DNA of 64,000 nt from Pseudomonadota bacterium (GCA_021815805.1 JAKAZQ010000003.1:93703-157702), one strand, 5' to 3'. Counted from the stretch's first letter, positions 28,499-39,085 are shown. A program made the numbers and translations. The notes: generated from the sequence alone by a model not told the origin.

Positions 28499-30708
28499 GC
28501 CCGCGCCTGCGTCGCCGCGTCGGCGCCGCCGCGTCCGTGGCGGTCGCCGCCGCGGTCGTGCTGGGCGTGGCGACCTGGCGCTCGAGCATGCCGCTGCCGC
28601 GCTCGCTGCGGCCGCCGGCAGCGGCGGTGGCGCCGCAGTTCCTCGCCGCCGACGGCACGCCGTTGAGCTACAGCTACCGCGGCGCGCTCAACGCCAACGC
28701 CACGCTGGCGCTGTGGCAGGTGCCGCCGCTGCTGCGCGACGCCTTCGTCGACTCCGAGGACAAGCGCTACTGGCGGCATGGCGGGGCGGACTGGATCGCG
28801 CGCTTCGACGCGCTGTGGGCCAACCTGCGCGCGGGCCGCGTGGTGCGCGGGGCCAGCACCATCGGCGAGCAGGTCGTGCGCATCCTGCACCCCCGCCCGC
28901 GCAGCTACTGGAGCCACTGGATCGCGGGCTTCGATGCCGCGCGCCTGCTGCGCCGCTTCGGGCACGCGCAGGTGCTGGAGTTCTACCTGAACCAGGTCCC
29001 GTACGGCGCGCGCCGCCGCGGCGTGGTGCAGGCCGCGCGCTACTACTTCGGCCGCGATCCGCAGGCGCTGGATCCGGCCGAGCAGCTCGCGCTGGCCGTG
29101 CTGGTGCGTTCGCCGACGCGCTATGACCCGCGCCGCCACCCCCGGGCATTGCGCCGCGCGGTGGATCAGCTGGCCGGGCGCATGCAGGCCGCGGGCAGCA
29201 TGGCGCAGCTTCAGGCCGATGCGGTGCGTCGCGCCCCGATCACCCCGGGCCGGCAGACCCTGGCGCTCGACGCGGGGACTTTCGTGGTGCATGCCGCGGC
29301 GCGCGCCCGCGCGCTGGGACGCCAGGCCCCCATCCAGCGCACCACGCTGGACGCGCCGCTGCAGCGCTTCGTGCAGGCCGCGCTGACGCGCCGCCAGCGC
29401 CTGCTGGCCGCGCGCGGCGTCGCCGATGCCGCCGCGCTGGTCGTGGACAACCGCAGCGGCGCGGTACTGGCGTGGGCCGTGGCGCCGCAGCATGGATCGT
29501 TCGCCGTCGACCCGGTGCTCAGCCCGCGCCAGCCCGGCTCGGCGCTCAAACCCTTTGTCTACGGACTGGCGATGCAGGATCTGGGCTGGCAGCCCGACAC
29601 GGTGCTGCGCGACACGCCGCTGGCCGAGACCGTCGGACCGGGGGTGCACCGCTACCGCAACTACAGCGGGCGCCATTACGGCCGGGCCAGCCTGCGCTAT
29701 GCGCTGGCCAACTCGCTGAACATTCCGGCCGTGCGCACGGCGCAGGCGGTGGGCATCGCCCGCATCGTCGGGTTGCTGCAGCAGCTGGGTTTTCACAGCC
29801 TGCGGCAGGGCTCCGACTACTACGGCCCGGCCATCGTGCTGGGCGATGGCGCGGTCAGCCTGTACGAACTCGTCCAGGGCTACGCCACCCTGGCGCGCCG
29901 CGGCCGCTGGCTGCCGCTGCATGTGCTGGCTGGTCTGCCGCGGCCGCAGCCGCGGCGGCTGCTGTCGCCCGAGGTCACCTCGGTGCTGGCCAGCATCCTG
30001 TCCGACCCCGATGCGCGAGCCGCCGAGTTCGGCGCCGGCAGCGTGCTCGACCTGCCGTACCCGACCGCGCTGAAGACCGGCACCTCCAGCGACTACCGCG
30101 ACACCTGGAGCGTGGGCTTCGACAACCGCTACACCGTCGGCGTGTGGATGGGGCGCCTGGGCGGCGGATCCACCGACGGCCTGACCGGCTCGAGCGGCCC
30201 TGCGCCGGTGCTGCGCGAGATTTTCGCGCGCCTGCGGCGCGATGCGCCCTATGCCGGGCTGTGGCAGGATCCGCGACTGCACCGGGTAGCCACCTGCGAG
30301 TGGATCGGCCCGCCGCCCTGCGTGCGGCGCCAGGACTGGCGCCTGCCGGCAGCGCGGCCCGGCGCGTCAGCGCCAGCGCAAGCGCAAGTGCGCGCGCTGG
30401 CCATCGCGCGCCCGCTGCCCGGCGAGACCCTGGCGCTGGATCCGCGCCTGCCACGCCGGGTTCAGGTCTACCGCTTCACGCTCGACACCGTGGGACGCGT
30501 GCCGCGTCGCGTCGAGTGGCTACTCGACGGACGCAAGCTGCGCGGCGGCGGCGCCGATGGTGTCGACTGGCCCATCACCGCGGGCGCGCATCGCCTGCAG
30601 GCACGGGTGTGGCTGCGCGGGGCGGCAGCGCCGCTGCGGCTCGGACCGGTGCCCTTCGAGGTGCTGGGCGGAGTGCCGCCGCCCAGCGCGGCCTTGCCTG
30701 CACGCTGA
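28495..30708 (+). CDS. pbpC: penicillin-binding protein 1C
   Basis: Transglycosylase SEDKRYWRHGG, GASTIGEQ, EFYLNQVPYG; transpeptidase RQPGSALKPF, SLN, KTGTS; ATGA overlap with the A2M gene. Confidence 0.93.
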   Translation: MSPRLRRRVGAAASVAVAAAVVLGVATWRSSMPLPRSLRPPAAAVAPQFLAADGTPLSYSYRGALNANATLALWQVPPLLRDAFVDSEDKRYWRHGGADWIARFDALWANLRAGRVVRGASTIGEQVVRILHPRPRSYWSHWIAGFDAARLLRRFGHAQVLEFYLNQVPYGARRRGVVQAARYYFGRDPQALDPAEQLALAVLVRSPTRYDPRRHPRALRRAVDQLAGRMQAAGSMAQLQADAVRRAPITPGRQTLALDAGTFVVHAAARARALGRQAPIQRTTLDAPLQRFVQAALTRRQRLLAARGVADAAALVVDNRSGAVLAWAVAPQHGSFAVDPVLSPRQPGSALKPFVYGLAMQDLGWQPDTVLRDTPLAETVGPGVHRYRNYSGRHYGRASLRYALANSLNIPAVRTAQAVGIARIVGLLQQLGFHSLRQGSDYYGPAIVLGDGAVSLYELVQGYATLARRGRWLPLHVLAGLPRPQPRRLLSPEVTSVLASILSDPDARAAEFGAGSVLDLPYPTALKTGTSSDYRDTWSVGFDNRYTVGVWMGRLGGGSTDGLTGSSGPAPVLREIFARLRRDAPYAGLWQDPRLHRVATCEWIGPPPCVRRQDWRLPAARPGASAPAQAQVRALAIARPLPGETLALDPRLPRRVQVYRFTLDTVGRVPRRVEWLLDGRKLRGGGADGVDWPITAGAHRLQARVWLRGAAAPLRLGPVPFEVLGGVPPPSAALPAR

Positions 30709-30800
30709 GCACGGAAACCGCCGGCCGAGGCCCTCGCATGCCGGCCGCAGGAGGTCGCGCGCAACAGGCCGTGCCCGCGGCCTCAGGCTCGGCGGCTCGC

Positions 30801-31005
30801 CTGACAGGCTGTTGCAATACCCCAGGGGGCCGCGCGCAGGCGCTGCGGGATGAGCTGCAAGGCGCCCAGGCCAAGGCCAGGCTGGGCGCCTGGCCTGCCT
30901 GGGCAACGCCGCAGATCGCCCGCAGCGCCTGCGCCCGAAGGCTTGGTGCGGAATCGGGCGCTGGCCGCACCCCGGATCTTGCGCGGGCGCCCAGCCCGCG
31001 CTGCG
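30801..31005. mobile_element. ~200-bp MITE-like element, copy 2 (inverted relative to copy 1)
   Basis: Reverse complement aligns to 3141-3345, e.g. GCGCCCGATTCCGC...CCTTCGGGCGCAGGCGCTGCG...GCAGCGCCTGCGCGCGGCCCCCTGGGGTATTGCA.CAGCCTG; distal end more diverged. Confidence 0.7.
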
Positions 31006-31029
31006 ATCCGGCGCACGCCCGTCATCCCG

Positions 31030-31176
31030 ATGCTGCACCAACGCGGCTTGGCCTGGCCGCACGACGAGGCGGCCACGGTGCGACTGAGCGCCCGGCAATG
31101 GGAGTGGCTCGTGGCCGGCCTGCCGTGGCAGCGCATGACGGCGGCCGCGCGGGCCCGGGCGATCCGGGTGATCTGA
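31030..31176 (+). pseudogene. IS66-family TnpB (Orf2) C-terminal relic
   Basis: LHQRGLAWP...VRLSARQWEWLVAGLPWQRM resembles the IS66 TnpB tail. Confidence 0.6.
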
Positions 31177-31206
31177 AGGCTGTCCATCAAGGGGATCGCA
31201 GGACGC

Positions 31207-31266
31207 TTGCTCGACAACTACGGCAGCCACAAACATCCCAAGGTCAAGGCCTGGCTGGCTGGCTGA
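31207..31266 (+). pseudogene. IS630-family transposase relic
   Basis: LLDNYGSHKHPKVKAWLA is the characteristic IS630 DDE motif. Confidence 0.7.
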
Positions 31267-31839
31267 CCCATCGGCTTCGGCGACGCTCGCAAGGCGCGGG
31301 CGTGCTCAGACAAGGCACTCAGCGTCGCCCCCTGCAGCCTGGCCCGCTTCGCGGGTCGCGACCCCGGGCGTTCGGGCGCGGCCGGGTAACGCCCGGACAC
31401 AGATGCGCCTGGCCTTGCGACGAAATGTCACGGTTCGGTCATCGTGTTCCCCTGAAATACGCCGTTGCCACCATGGCGGCCGCGGTTCTGGGCAGCCTCT
31501 ATGCCTGCAGACTCCCCGCCCGCGACCTTGCCATGCACCACCACCTTGCGCGCGCGCGCCGCCCGAGGGCCTCGCCCGCCCGGGCCGCCGGCGGCACGGC
31601 GATGTCGCATGCCGCGCGCCGGACCTCGAGGGCGCAAGCGCGCGCCGCGCGGATTCCCCTGCGGATCGCTGCGCACCAGCGCCTCGGCCGGCACGTGCCC
31701 ACCGGTTCCTGCAGCGGCGCTGCTCAGGGAGCCAGCCCAGGCCCACAAACCGGGGCCCGATCCCGGGCCCCTATGCGTCGGCACCGCGTACCCGGTGCCA
31801 TTTCAACTTGTCTTGACCTCAATCCAGGAGCTTTTCGCA

Positions 31840-32229
31840 ATGAATCCTTGGTTTTCGACTTCTCTGGGGGCCTTGGCTCTGGCCGTTCTGGCGCCCATGG
31901 CGGGCGCCGCGATGCCTTCGCATGATGCGGCGCGACAGATCGAGCTCGGCCACCACCTGTACGACGAGCACTGCGCGTCGTGCCACCGCGCCGACGGACG
32001 GGGTGGTGTGCACTTCGCGCACGCCGTATCGGCCGACCTGCAGGCCCCCGGGCTTGAGCGCGACTACCACCACAGCGATGCGCTGATCGTGCGCGCGATC
32101 CTCGAGGCACGCGACGAGGACGGGGAGCGGCTCGACCAGCCGATGCCGGCGTGGCGCGGGCGGCTCAGCCCGACACAGGCGCGTGCGATCGTGGCCTATC
32201 TGCACACGCTGCACGGGCCGGCGCGCTGA
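31840..32229 (+). CDS. periplasmic c-type cytochrome
   Basis: AGGAG RBS, signal peptide, CASCH heme motif, distal QPMPAW Met. Confidence 0.88.
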   Translation: MNPWFSTSLGALALAVLAPMAGAAMPSHDAARQIELGHHLYDEHCASCHRADGRGGVHFAHAVSADLQAPGLERDYHHSDALIVRAILEARDEDGERLDQPMPAWRGRLSPTQARAIVAYLHTLHGPAR

Positions 32230-32257
32230 GGCACCGCGGCGCGCGCGACGCCGCCGC

Positions 32258-35200
32258 TCAGGTCCCGGCCGCGCAGGCCGGCAGGTCCTGCATCGCGCCG
32301 CCGTCGGGCACGCCGCGCGCGGGCTGGCCCGGCGGCACGCGCCCGGCCAGCCAATGCATCAGGCGGCGCGAGGCCTCGCTCGCGTCGGCGCCTGCGTCAT
32401 GCACCTGCGCGTGCCAGCGCTGGACGTCGTCGTGCTCGCCGGCCACGCCGTGCAGGAAGCCGTGCAGCGGGCACTGCGCCGGCTCGAGCGGATGGCGGCC
32501 CGCGCCGAAGCCGGTGTGTTGCCATTGGAAGGCCAGCGCGCCCAGGCTGGTCTGCAGCTTCCCGGCGCGAACGTCGATGGGCAGGCGGTAGTGCCTGACC
32601 CACTCCGGCACGTCATGCGCGGGCATCGGGCGCGCGATGGCGTAGCCCTGGCCGAAGCGCGCGCCCAGCACGGCCGCGGCCTCCATGGAGTCCAGGTGCT
32701 CGAGGCCCTCGACGGTGACATCGCGCCCGAGTTCGCGCACCAGCCGGATCAGGGTTCCGAGCATGGTCGTGGTCTCCAGCGGACTCTGCCGGAACTGCCG
32801 CGTCAGGTTCTGGTCGATCTTGATGGCCTCGAAGCGGATGCTGGAGAGCCGGTGGATGTTGCTGTAGCCGGCGCCGAAGTCGTCCATCGCCAGATGCACG
32901 CCGAGGGCGCGCAGCCGATCCATCTCCTCGGCCTGCGCCACGTCGTCGTCGAGCTGCACCTCGAGCAGCTCGAGGGTCAGGCGTCGCGGCTCGATGGCGT
33001 GCGCGCGCAGTGCCTGGTCGATCCATGCCGCGCAGTCGACATCCGACAGCACCGACGGCGGCAGGTTCAGCGCCACGCCCAGTTGCAGCCCCTGCTCGCT
33101 CCACCTGCGCAGGTCGGCCAGCGACTGGCGCAGCCCTTCGCGGAACACCCGCCCGAGTTCGTTGCCGCCGAGCAGCGGGATGAACCCGGCCGGCCCGATG
33201 ATCGTGCCGTCCGGCATCTTCAGGCGCGCCAGCGCTTCGAGCTTGGCGACCTGTCCCGTCTGCAGGTCGACGATCGGCTGGTAGAACATTTCCAGGCCGC
33301 CCGAGAACAGGATCTCGCGGAAGGCCACGGCGCGGGCCTGGCTGATGGCCATGTGCTGCACGCTGGTGGATCCGAGCCAGATCGACTCCATGCGCCGCTG
33401 CACGGCGCCGGCCCACTGCTGCACCCATTCCGATGCGAACTGGCGCGGATAGGCGCCGTACAGGGTCAGCACGCCCTCGACATGCCGGTCGCGCCCGACG
33501 AACGGAATCGACACGTTGGAGTGGATCGCGCAAGCCTCGGCCATCTCGCGCCAGGCCTGCATCTGCGGATGCTGCATGCGCGGGTCGTGCAGGCAGGAGT
33601 CGACACGATGAATCTCCTGGGTGCGCCACGCGACGGCCGTCGGCGTCTGGCCGCCGGGCGCGTTGGGATCGATGGACGCGCGCAGGTCGCCGTGGCTCAG
33701 ACGCTGGCCGAGCTCCAGGCTCAGCACCCCGGCACTGTGCTCGACGATGATCTCGCCCTCCAGGTTCAGGCGACTCAGCGTGACCATGACGATTCCGGGC
33801 AGCGTGTCCAGCGCTTGCAATTCGGCGTGCGCGGCGTCGGCCCACAGCGACTGTCGATCCGAGCCCGGCCGTGACAGGTAGGCCATGTAGGCCCGGTTGG
33901 TCTCCTCGAGCATGCTGACCTGCTGCTCCAGGTCGTCCTGCAGGCGTGCATCGATGATCTGGAACATGCGAAGCCGTCGTCTGGCGACCAGGCGTTCGCC
34001 GGCGATCTTGCTGGAGAGGATGGAGCGGAACAGCGAGGACGACTTGACCAGCATGCGCGTGTTGACGCCGACCAGCGCATGCGCGCGCCCGATGCGTCGG
34101 GAGGCCTCGCGCAGCGTCTGCCGGTCCAGCTCCGGGTCGGCGAGCCGGCGCAGGTGCGCGGCCTGCGCACCGCGCAGGCGCTCGGTGCCGGTTTCGCCGA
34201 GGGATCGGAGGATCGACAGCGCTTCGGCGTCGTCGGCCAGCATCGCATAGAAGGCACTGATGAAGTCGTCGCTGATGCGCTCGAACACCGGGCCGAGCTG
34301 GGTCATGCGCAGCGCCGCTTCCGCGCCGTAGGGATCGACCGGCTGCTCGACCTCCGCGGCGCCCACCTGGCGCACGCCGAGTTGCCACCAGCTGGCGCGT
34401 TCGCCCTTGCGGCGCTTGACCTGGTACATCGCGGCATCGGCGGTGCGCAGCAGTCCGTCGGCGTCGTTGGCCTGGCTCGGGTACAGCGCCACGCCCATGG
34501 TCATGTCGATGCGCAGGGTGTGGCCGCCGTCGAGATGGAAGGGCTCCTCGACGGCGCGATGCAGGCGCTCGAACACCGTGTCCAGGGTCACCTGCAGGTA
34601 GTCGGCGTCGAGGCGAGGCAGCACGACGACGAATTCGTCGCCGGAAATGCGCGCCGCCTCGCCGTCGCCGCCGAGGTGCTGGCGCAGGCGCTGCCCGAGT
34701 GCGCGCAGGATCTGGTCGCCCGCGGCGTGGCCGTGCTGGTCGTTGACCGGCTTGAAGTCGTCGAGGTCGATGTATCCCACCGCGAGCAGACCGCCTCGCG
34801 CGGCGGCGCGGGCGATGGTTTCGCGCAGCAACTGGTTCAGTCCGCTGCGGTTGCGCAGGCCGGTGATTTCGTCGATGTGGATGCGCTCGGCGGCCTTCGC
34901 CCGCAGGTAGGCGATGTGCAGGAAGATGCGCTCGGTCTTTTGCGCCGACTTGACCAGGTACAGGCCGAACACGGCGCCCATGACCCCGAGTGCCTGGATT
35001 CCGGGCACCGCGGAGCCAAGCAGGCGCACGAGCAACGCCACGAGCGTGGGCACCACGAACAGGCTGGCCGAGCGCGCGTCGGAGGCCAGCTCGCTGGCGC
35101 CCGCGCCGCAGATCGCCGCGATGATGGTGGCCAGTTGCAGCTGGCCCACGACGGAGCGCGGAAACATGAACAGCGGCAGCGCGGTCCAGGCGAGGGCGGT

Positions 35201-35650
35201 GAGCAGCACCCCCGCGCGCAGGCGCCGCAGACATCCGTGCAGGTCCGGCGCGCGTCCCGGCCTGCGCATGTCGTGCCAGCCGATGAGTCGCACGACATGC
35301 GCCAGCCCGAGAAACGCGAGCCAGGTCACGAGTTTCCACGCCGGGATCAGGGTGTGCAGCAGCCACGCCGTCATGCCCGCCGACAGGTAGCTCGACAGCA
35401 GGGCCAGCGGGATCGGGCTGAGCAGCAGCGCGACCCGGTTGCGCAGCACCTCGCCGTCGGTGAGCTGGAAGGCGCGCAGATTCTCGGGCATGGCGCGCCA
35501 GGGCAGCGCCGGGATCGGCGGCATGGACGCGTCCGGGGCATGCGGATCCGGCGTGGCGGCAGCGTCTGCGGCGAAGCGCCGCGCGACGTCGGCCGGCGCG
35601 CCGGCCGACGCCTGCTTCGGCGCCTCGCCGTGGGGGAGGGAAGTGCTCAT
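32258..35650 (-). CDS. membrane-bound GGDEF-globin-GAF-EAL protein
   Basis: N-terminal TM bundle; DEITGLRNR...YIDLDDFKPVNDQHGHAAGD...ARISGDEF; globin FYAML...IGRAHALVGV; GAF; KLEALARL...DDFGAGYS. Confidence 0.9.
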   Translation of the reverse strand: MSTSLPHGEAPKQASAGAPADVARRFAADAAATPDPHAPDASMPPIPALPWRAMPENLRAFQLTDGEVLRNRVALLLSPIPLALLSSYLSAGMTAWLLHTLIPAWKLVTWLAFLGLAHVVRLIGWHDMRRPGRAPDLHGCLRRLRAGVLLTALAWTALPLFMFPRSVVGQLQLATIIAAICGAGASELASDARSASLFVVPTLVALLVRLLGSAVPGIQALGVMGAVFGLYLVKSAQKTERIFLHIAYLRAKAAERIHIDEITGLRNRSGLNQLLRETIARAAARGGLLAVGYIDLDDFKPVNDQHGHAAGDQILRALGQRLRQHLGGDGEAARISGDEFVVVLPRLDADYLQVTLDTVFERLHRAVEEPFHLDGGHTLRIDMTMGVALYPSQANDADGLLRTADAAMYQVKRRKGERASWWQLGVRQVGAAEVEQPVDPYGAEAALRMTQLGPVFERISDDFISAFYAMLADDAEALSILRSLGETGTERLRGAQAAHLRRLADPELDRQTLREASRRIGRAHALVGVNTRMLVKSSSLFRSILSSKIAGERLVARRRLRMFQIIDARLQDDLEQQVSMLEETNRAYMAYLSRPGSDRQSLWADAAHAELQALDTLPGIVMVTLSRLNLEGEIIVEHSAGVLSLELGQRLSHGDLRASIDPNAPGGQTPTAVAWRTQEIHRVDSCLHDPRMQHPQMQAWREMAEACAIHSNVSIPFVGRDRHVEGVLTLYGAYPRQFASEWVQQWAGAVQRRMESIWLGSTSVQHMAISQARAVAFREILFSGGLEMFYQPIVDLQTGQVAKLEALARLKMPDGTIIGPAGFIPLLGGNELGRVFREGLRQSLADLRRWSEQGLQLGVALNLPPSVLSDVDCAAWIDQALRAHAIEPRRLTLELLEVQLDDDVAQAEEMDRLRALGVHLAMDDFGAGYSNIHRLSSIRFEAIKIDQNLTRQFRQSPLETTTMLGTLIRLVRELGRDVTVEGLEHLDSMEAAAVLGARFGQGYAIARPMPAHDVPEWVRHYRLPIDVRAGKLQTSLGALAFQWQHTGFGAGRHPLEPAQCPLHGFLHGVAGEHDDVQRWHAQVHDAGADASEASRRLMHWLAGRVPPGQPARGVPDGGAMQDLPACAAGT

Positions 35651-36049
35651 CGCGAAAATTGCATCGGCCCGGCGGGGCGCCGTGGAATCCACACCCTGCC
35701 CGAGACGACGAACAGGCGATGCGGGAAGTTCGGGAAAGCGCAGTCGCTGCGCAGCCACCTCGGTTTTGTACAGGCGCGGACTGGCACGGCCAAGGAAGGA
35801 TTTCACGAAGCGGCGCCGCTTCCGCGCATTCGGAGCTGAACCTCGCCAAAGCGTCGCGTTCATGCCACCGCGCGCCGGCCCCTGCGCCGGGCCGCTCCGG
35901 CACGCCGCAAGCCGCAAGCCACGCCTGAACGGTCCGCTGGTTGCACAACGTTACATTCGTGATCGGCCCCTGCGGGACTTGCGACAGCCCAGGCCGGCAT
36001 GCTTTGTGTCATCCTCGGGGCTGCGGCGAGACACGCCTGAGCCCCTGCC

Positions 36050-39000
36050 ATGCGCCCATTCCGGTGTCTTTGCGAACCCGCCTTGCGCGACGGCCGCGCC
36101 GCCGCGCCGGCCGCGGACCGTCCGCGACGCGCCCGGGCGACCCGTCGCGCAGCATCGCTGCGCGCGCTGCGCGGCTTGCTGTGCGCGCTGCTGGCCGGCC
36201 TGGGCCTGATGACCGCCAGCGCGCATGCGCGCGCCCTGCGCGTGGTCACCGACAACAACTATCCGCCCTACCTGTTCCTCGGCAGCGACGGCCGTGCGCA
36301 GGGCTACCTGGTCGATCTGTGGAAGCTCTGGCAGGCCAGGACGGGCGTGCGTGTCGACCTCGAGCCCATGCGCTGGGCGGCCGCGCAGCGCGCCATGCGC
36401 GACGGCAAGGCCGACGTCATCGACATGCTGTTCCGCACTCCCGCGCGCGAGCGCCTGTACGAATTCTCCAGACCGTACTCCACGCAGAGCGTGGGCATCT
36501 ACGTCGACCACGACATCCAGGGCATCACCGGCCCACGCTCGTTGCGTGGCTTCACCATCGGCGTGGAGCGCGGCGATGCCTGCATCGACAAGCTGGCCAG
36601 CCTGGGATTGACGCGCCTTGCCCTCTATGCGGACTATCGCGACATTCTGCGGGCCGCGAACCAAGGCGCGATAAAGATGTTCTGCATGGACGACGACCCA
36701 GCGAACTACTACCTGTACCTGTTGCGCGATCAACTGCGCTTCGCCAAGGCTTTCACGCTGTACCAGGGCCATTTCCACTGGGCCGTGCGTCGTGGCGATG
36801 CGGCCACCTTCGCGCTGGTCAGCCGGGGCATGGCGATGATCACGCCGGCCGAGCGCGCGGCGCTGCGGCGCAAGTGGTTCTCCCACCCGCCGCAGTTCCA
36901 GCCCTACCTGCGCATGGCCGCGCTGGCGGTCGGCGCGGCGCTGGCGGCGCTGGTCGCCGCGGCGGTCTGGATCGGCATGCTGCACCGCGCGGTGCGTGCG
37001 AAGACGACCGAGCTCAGCCAGGATCGCGCGCAGTTGCGCACGCTGCTGGAGAGCAGTCCCGATGCGATGTGGCTGAAGGACGACCAGGGGCGCTATCTGG
37101 AGTGCAACGCGCGTGCGGTCGACGTCATCGGACAGCCGCGCGAGCGCATCCTGGGGCGCACCGACGCCGAGTTGCACGGCAATCCCGCGTTGGTCGAGGC
37201 GGTGCGCGCGGTCGACCGGGAGGTCGCGCGCACCGGCGCCGAGCAGCGCGTCGAATTGCAGATCCAGCGTGCCGACGGTGTTTCCGGCACGCTCGAGATC
37301 CTCAAGGTGCCGGTGCGTTCGCCGGCAGGCGACCGCATCGGCCTGCTCGGGGTCGGGCGCGACATCACGGCGCGCCGCCACGCCGAGCGCGAGACACGGC
37401 TGGCCGCCGCGGCGTTCGAGGGACAGGACGCGATGATCGTGACCGATGCCGACAATGTCATCGAGCGCGTCAACGCCGCCTTCACCCGCATCACCGGGTA
37501 CACGGCGGGCGAGGCCATCGGCAGGACCCCGGCCCTGCTGCGCTCGGGCAGCCATGACCGCTCCTTCTACGAACGCCTGTGGGCGGAGCTCAAGGCGAAC
37601 GGACGCTGGTCGGGGGAGTTCGTGAATCGGCGCAGGAACGGAGAGTTGTTCAGCGCGCGCTGCGGGATCAGCATGGTGACCGACGCGCAGGGCCGGCTGC
37701 TGCACTATGTGGCGGCGTTCCAGGACATCAGCGCCGAACGCCAGGCGCGGCAGGAGGCCGAGCATCTCAAGTTGTTCGATCCCCTGACCCACCTGCCCAA
37801 TCGCAGTCTGCTGGACGACCGCATCGCGCACGCGCAGGCCGCCAGCGAGGAGTCGCGCCAGTTCGGCGCGGTGCTGGTGATCGAGCTCGATGCCTTCCAG
37901 CGCGTGAACGACGCGCTCGGGCACGGCGCGGGCGACGAGTTGCTGGTCGAGATCGCGCGGCGCATCCAGTGGGTCGTGCGGGACGGCGACACCCTGGCTC
38001 GCTTCGGCGGTGCGAGCTTCGCCGTCGTCACCGAGGACCTCGGCACCGCGCCGGCCCAGGCGGTGACGCGCGCCATGAAGGTCGCCGAGAAGATCCGCCG
38101 CGCCATCGAGCAGCCGCTCGGCCTGGCCGGCCAGAACCGGGTCTGCACGGCGTCCATCGGCGCCACCGTGTTCCTGGGCAGCGACGCAAGGCGCGGGGTG
38201 CTGTTGCGCGAGGCCGAGCTCGCCATGCACAAGAGCCAGCAGCGCGGCGGCAATGCCGCCCGCCTGTTCGAGGACGCGATGCAGGCCGAGGTGGAGGCGC
38301 GCGCGCGCCTGGAGGCGGAGTTGCGCGAGGCCATCGAGCGGCGCCAGTTCGTGCTGCACTATCAGGCGCAGGTCGACGCCTCCGGCGGCGTGATCGGCGC
38401 CGAGGCGCTGCTGCGCTGGCAGCACCCGCAGCGCGGCCTGGTGAGCCCGGGCGAGTTCATCGCGCTGGCCGAGGACACCGGGCTGATCCGGCCGATCGGG
38501 CAATGGGTGCTGCAGCAGGCATGCCGCCAGCTGGCACGCTGGTCGACGCGCAGCGAATGCCGCGACCTGACGCTGTCGGTGAATGTCAGCACGCGCCAAT
38601 TCCGCGCGCCGCAGTTCGTCGACGAGGTGCTCGGCGAGGTCGCGCGATGCGGCGCCCAGCCCGAGCGACTCAAGCTCGAGATCACCGAGAGCCTGGCCAT
38701 CGACGACTTCGAGACCTCGGTCGCAAAACTGCAGGCCCTGCGCGACGCCGGGATCCTGCTGTCGATCGACGACTTCGGCACCGGCAACTCCTCGCTCACC
38801 TACCTCACGCGCCTGCCGCTGAACCAGTTGAAGATCGACAAGTCCTTCGTCGACCAGCTGCCCGCCAGCCACAGCGCCGCGATGGTCGCGCAGACCATCA
38901 TCGCCATGGGCGGCGGCCTCGGCCTGCACGTCATCGCCGAGGGCGTGGAGACGCTCGAGCAGCGCGAGTTCCTGGCCTTGCACGGCTGCCATGCGTTCCA

Positions 39001-39085
39001 GGGCTACCTGTTCGGCAGGCCGGTTCCGCTGGCGGTGTTCGAGCACGCCGCGGGCGCCGCACCGGATCGTCGGTCGCGCGCCTGA
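36050..39085 (+). CDS. SBP3-PAS-PAS-GGDEF(degenerate)-EAL phosphodiesterase; start uncertain
   Basis: DNNYPPYLF periplasmic binding domain, TM helix, two PAS, ARFGGASF, GAEALLRW, DDFGTGNSSL. Confidence 0.9.
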   Translation: MRPFRCLCEPALRDGRAAAPAADRPRRARATRRAASLRALRGLLCALLAGLGLMTASAHARALRVVTDNNYPPYLFLGSDGRAQGYLVDLWKLWQARTGVRVDLEPMRWAAAQRAMRDGKADVIDMLFRTPARERLYEFSRPYSTQSVGIYVDHDIQGITGPRSLRGFTIGVERGDACIDKLASLGLTRLALYADYRDILRAANQGAIKMFCMDDDPANYYLYLLRDQLRFAKAFTLYQGHFHWAVRRGDAATFALVSRGMAMITPAERAALRRKWFSHPPQFQPYLRMAALAVGAALAALVAAAVWIGMLHRAVRAKTTELSQDRAQLRTLLESSPDAMWLKDDQGRYLECNARAVDVIGQPRERILGRTDAELHGNPALVEAVRAVDREVARTGAEQRVELQIQRADGVSGTLEILKVPVRSPAGDRIGLLGVGRDITARRHAERETRLAAAAFEGQDAMIVTDADNVIERVNAAFTRITGYTAGEAIGRTPALLRSGSHDRSFYERLWAELKANGRWSGEFVNRRRNGELFSARCGISMVTDAQGRLLHYVAAFQDISAERQARQEAEHLKLFDPLTHLPNRSLLDDRIAHAQAASEESRQFGAVLVIELDAFQRVNDALGHGAGDELLVEIARRIQWVVRDGDTLARFGGASFAVVTEDLGTAPAQAVTRAMKVAEKIRRAIEQPLGLAGQNRVCTASIGATVFLGSDARRGVLLREAELAMHKSQQRGGNAARLFEDAMQAEVEARARLEAELREAIERRQFVLHYQAQVDASGGVIGAEALLRWQHPQRGLVSPGEFIALAEDTGLIRPIGQWVLQQACRQLARWSTRSECRDLTLSVNVSTRQFRAPQFVDEVLGEVARCGAQPERLKLEITESLAIDDFETSVAKLQALRDAGILLSIDDFGTGNSSLTYLTRLPLNQLKIDKSFVDQLPASHSAAMVAQTIIAMGGGLGLHVIAEGVETLEQREFLALHGCHAFQGYLFGRPVPLAVFEHAAGAAPDRRSRA

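Noticed and set aside
31813-31826. FNR-like TTGAC-N4-ATCCA before the cytochrome c gene
   Set aside because: Two mismatches, and it abuts the RBS, a poor position for an activator site.
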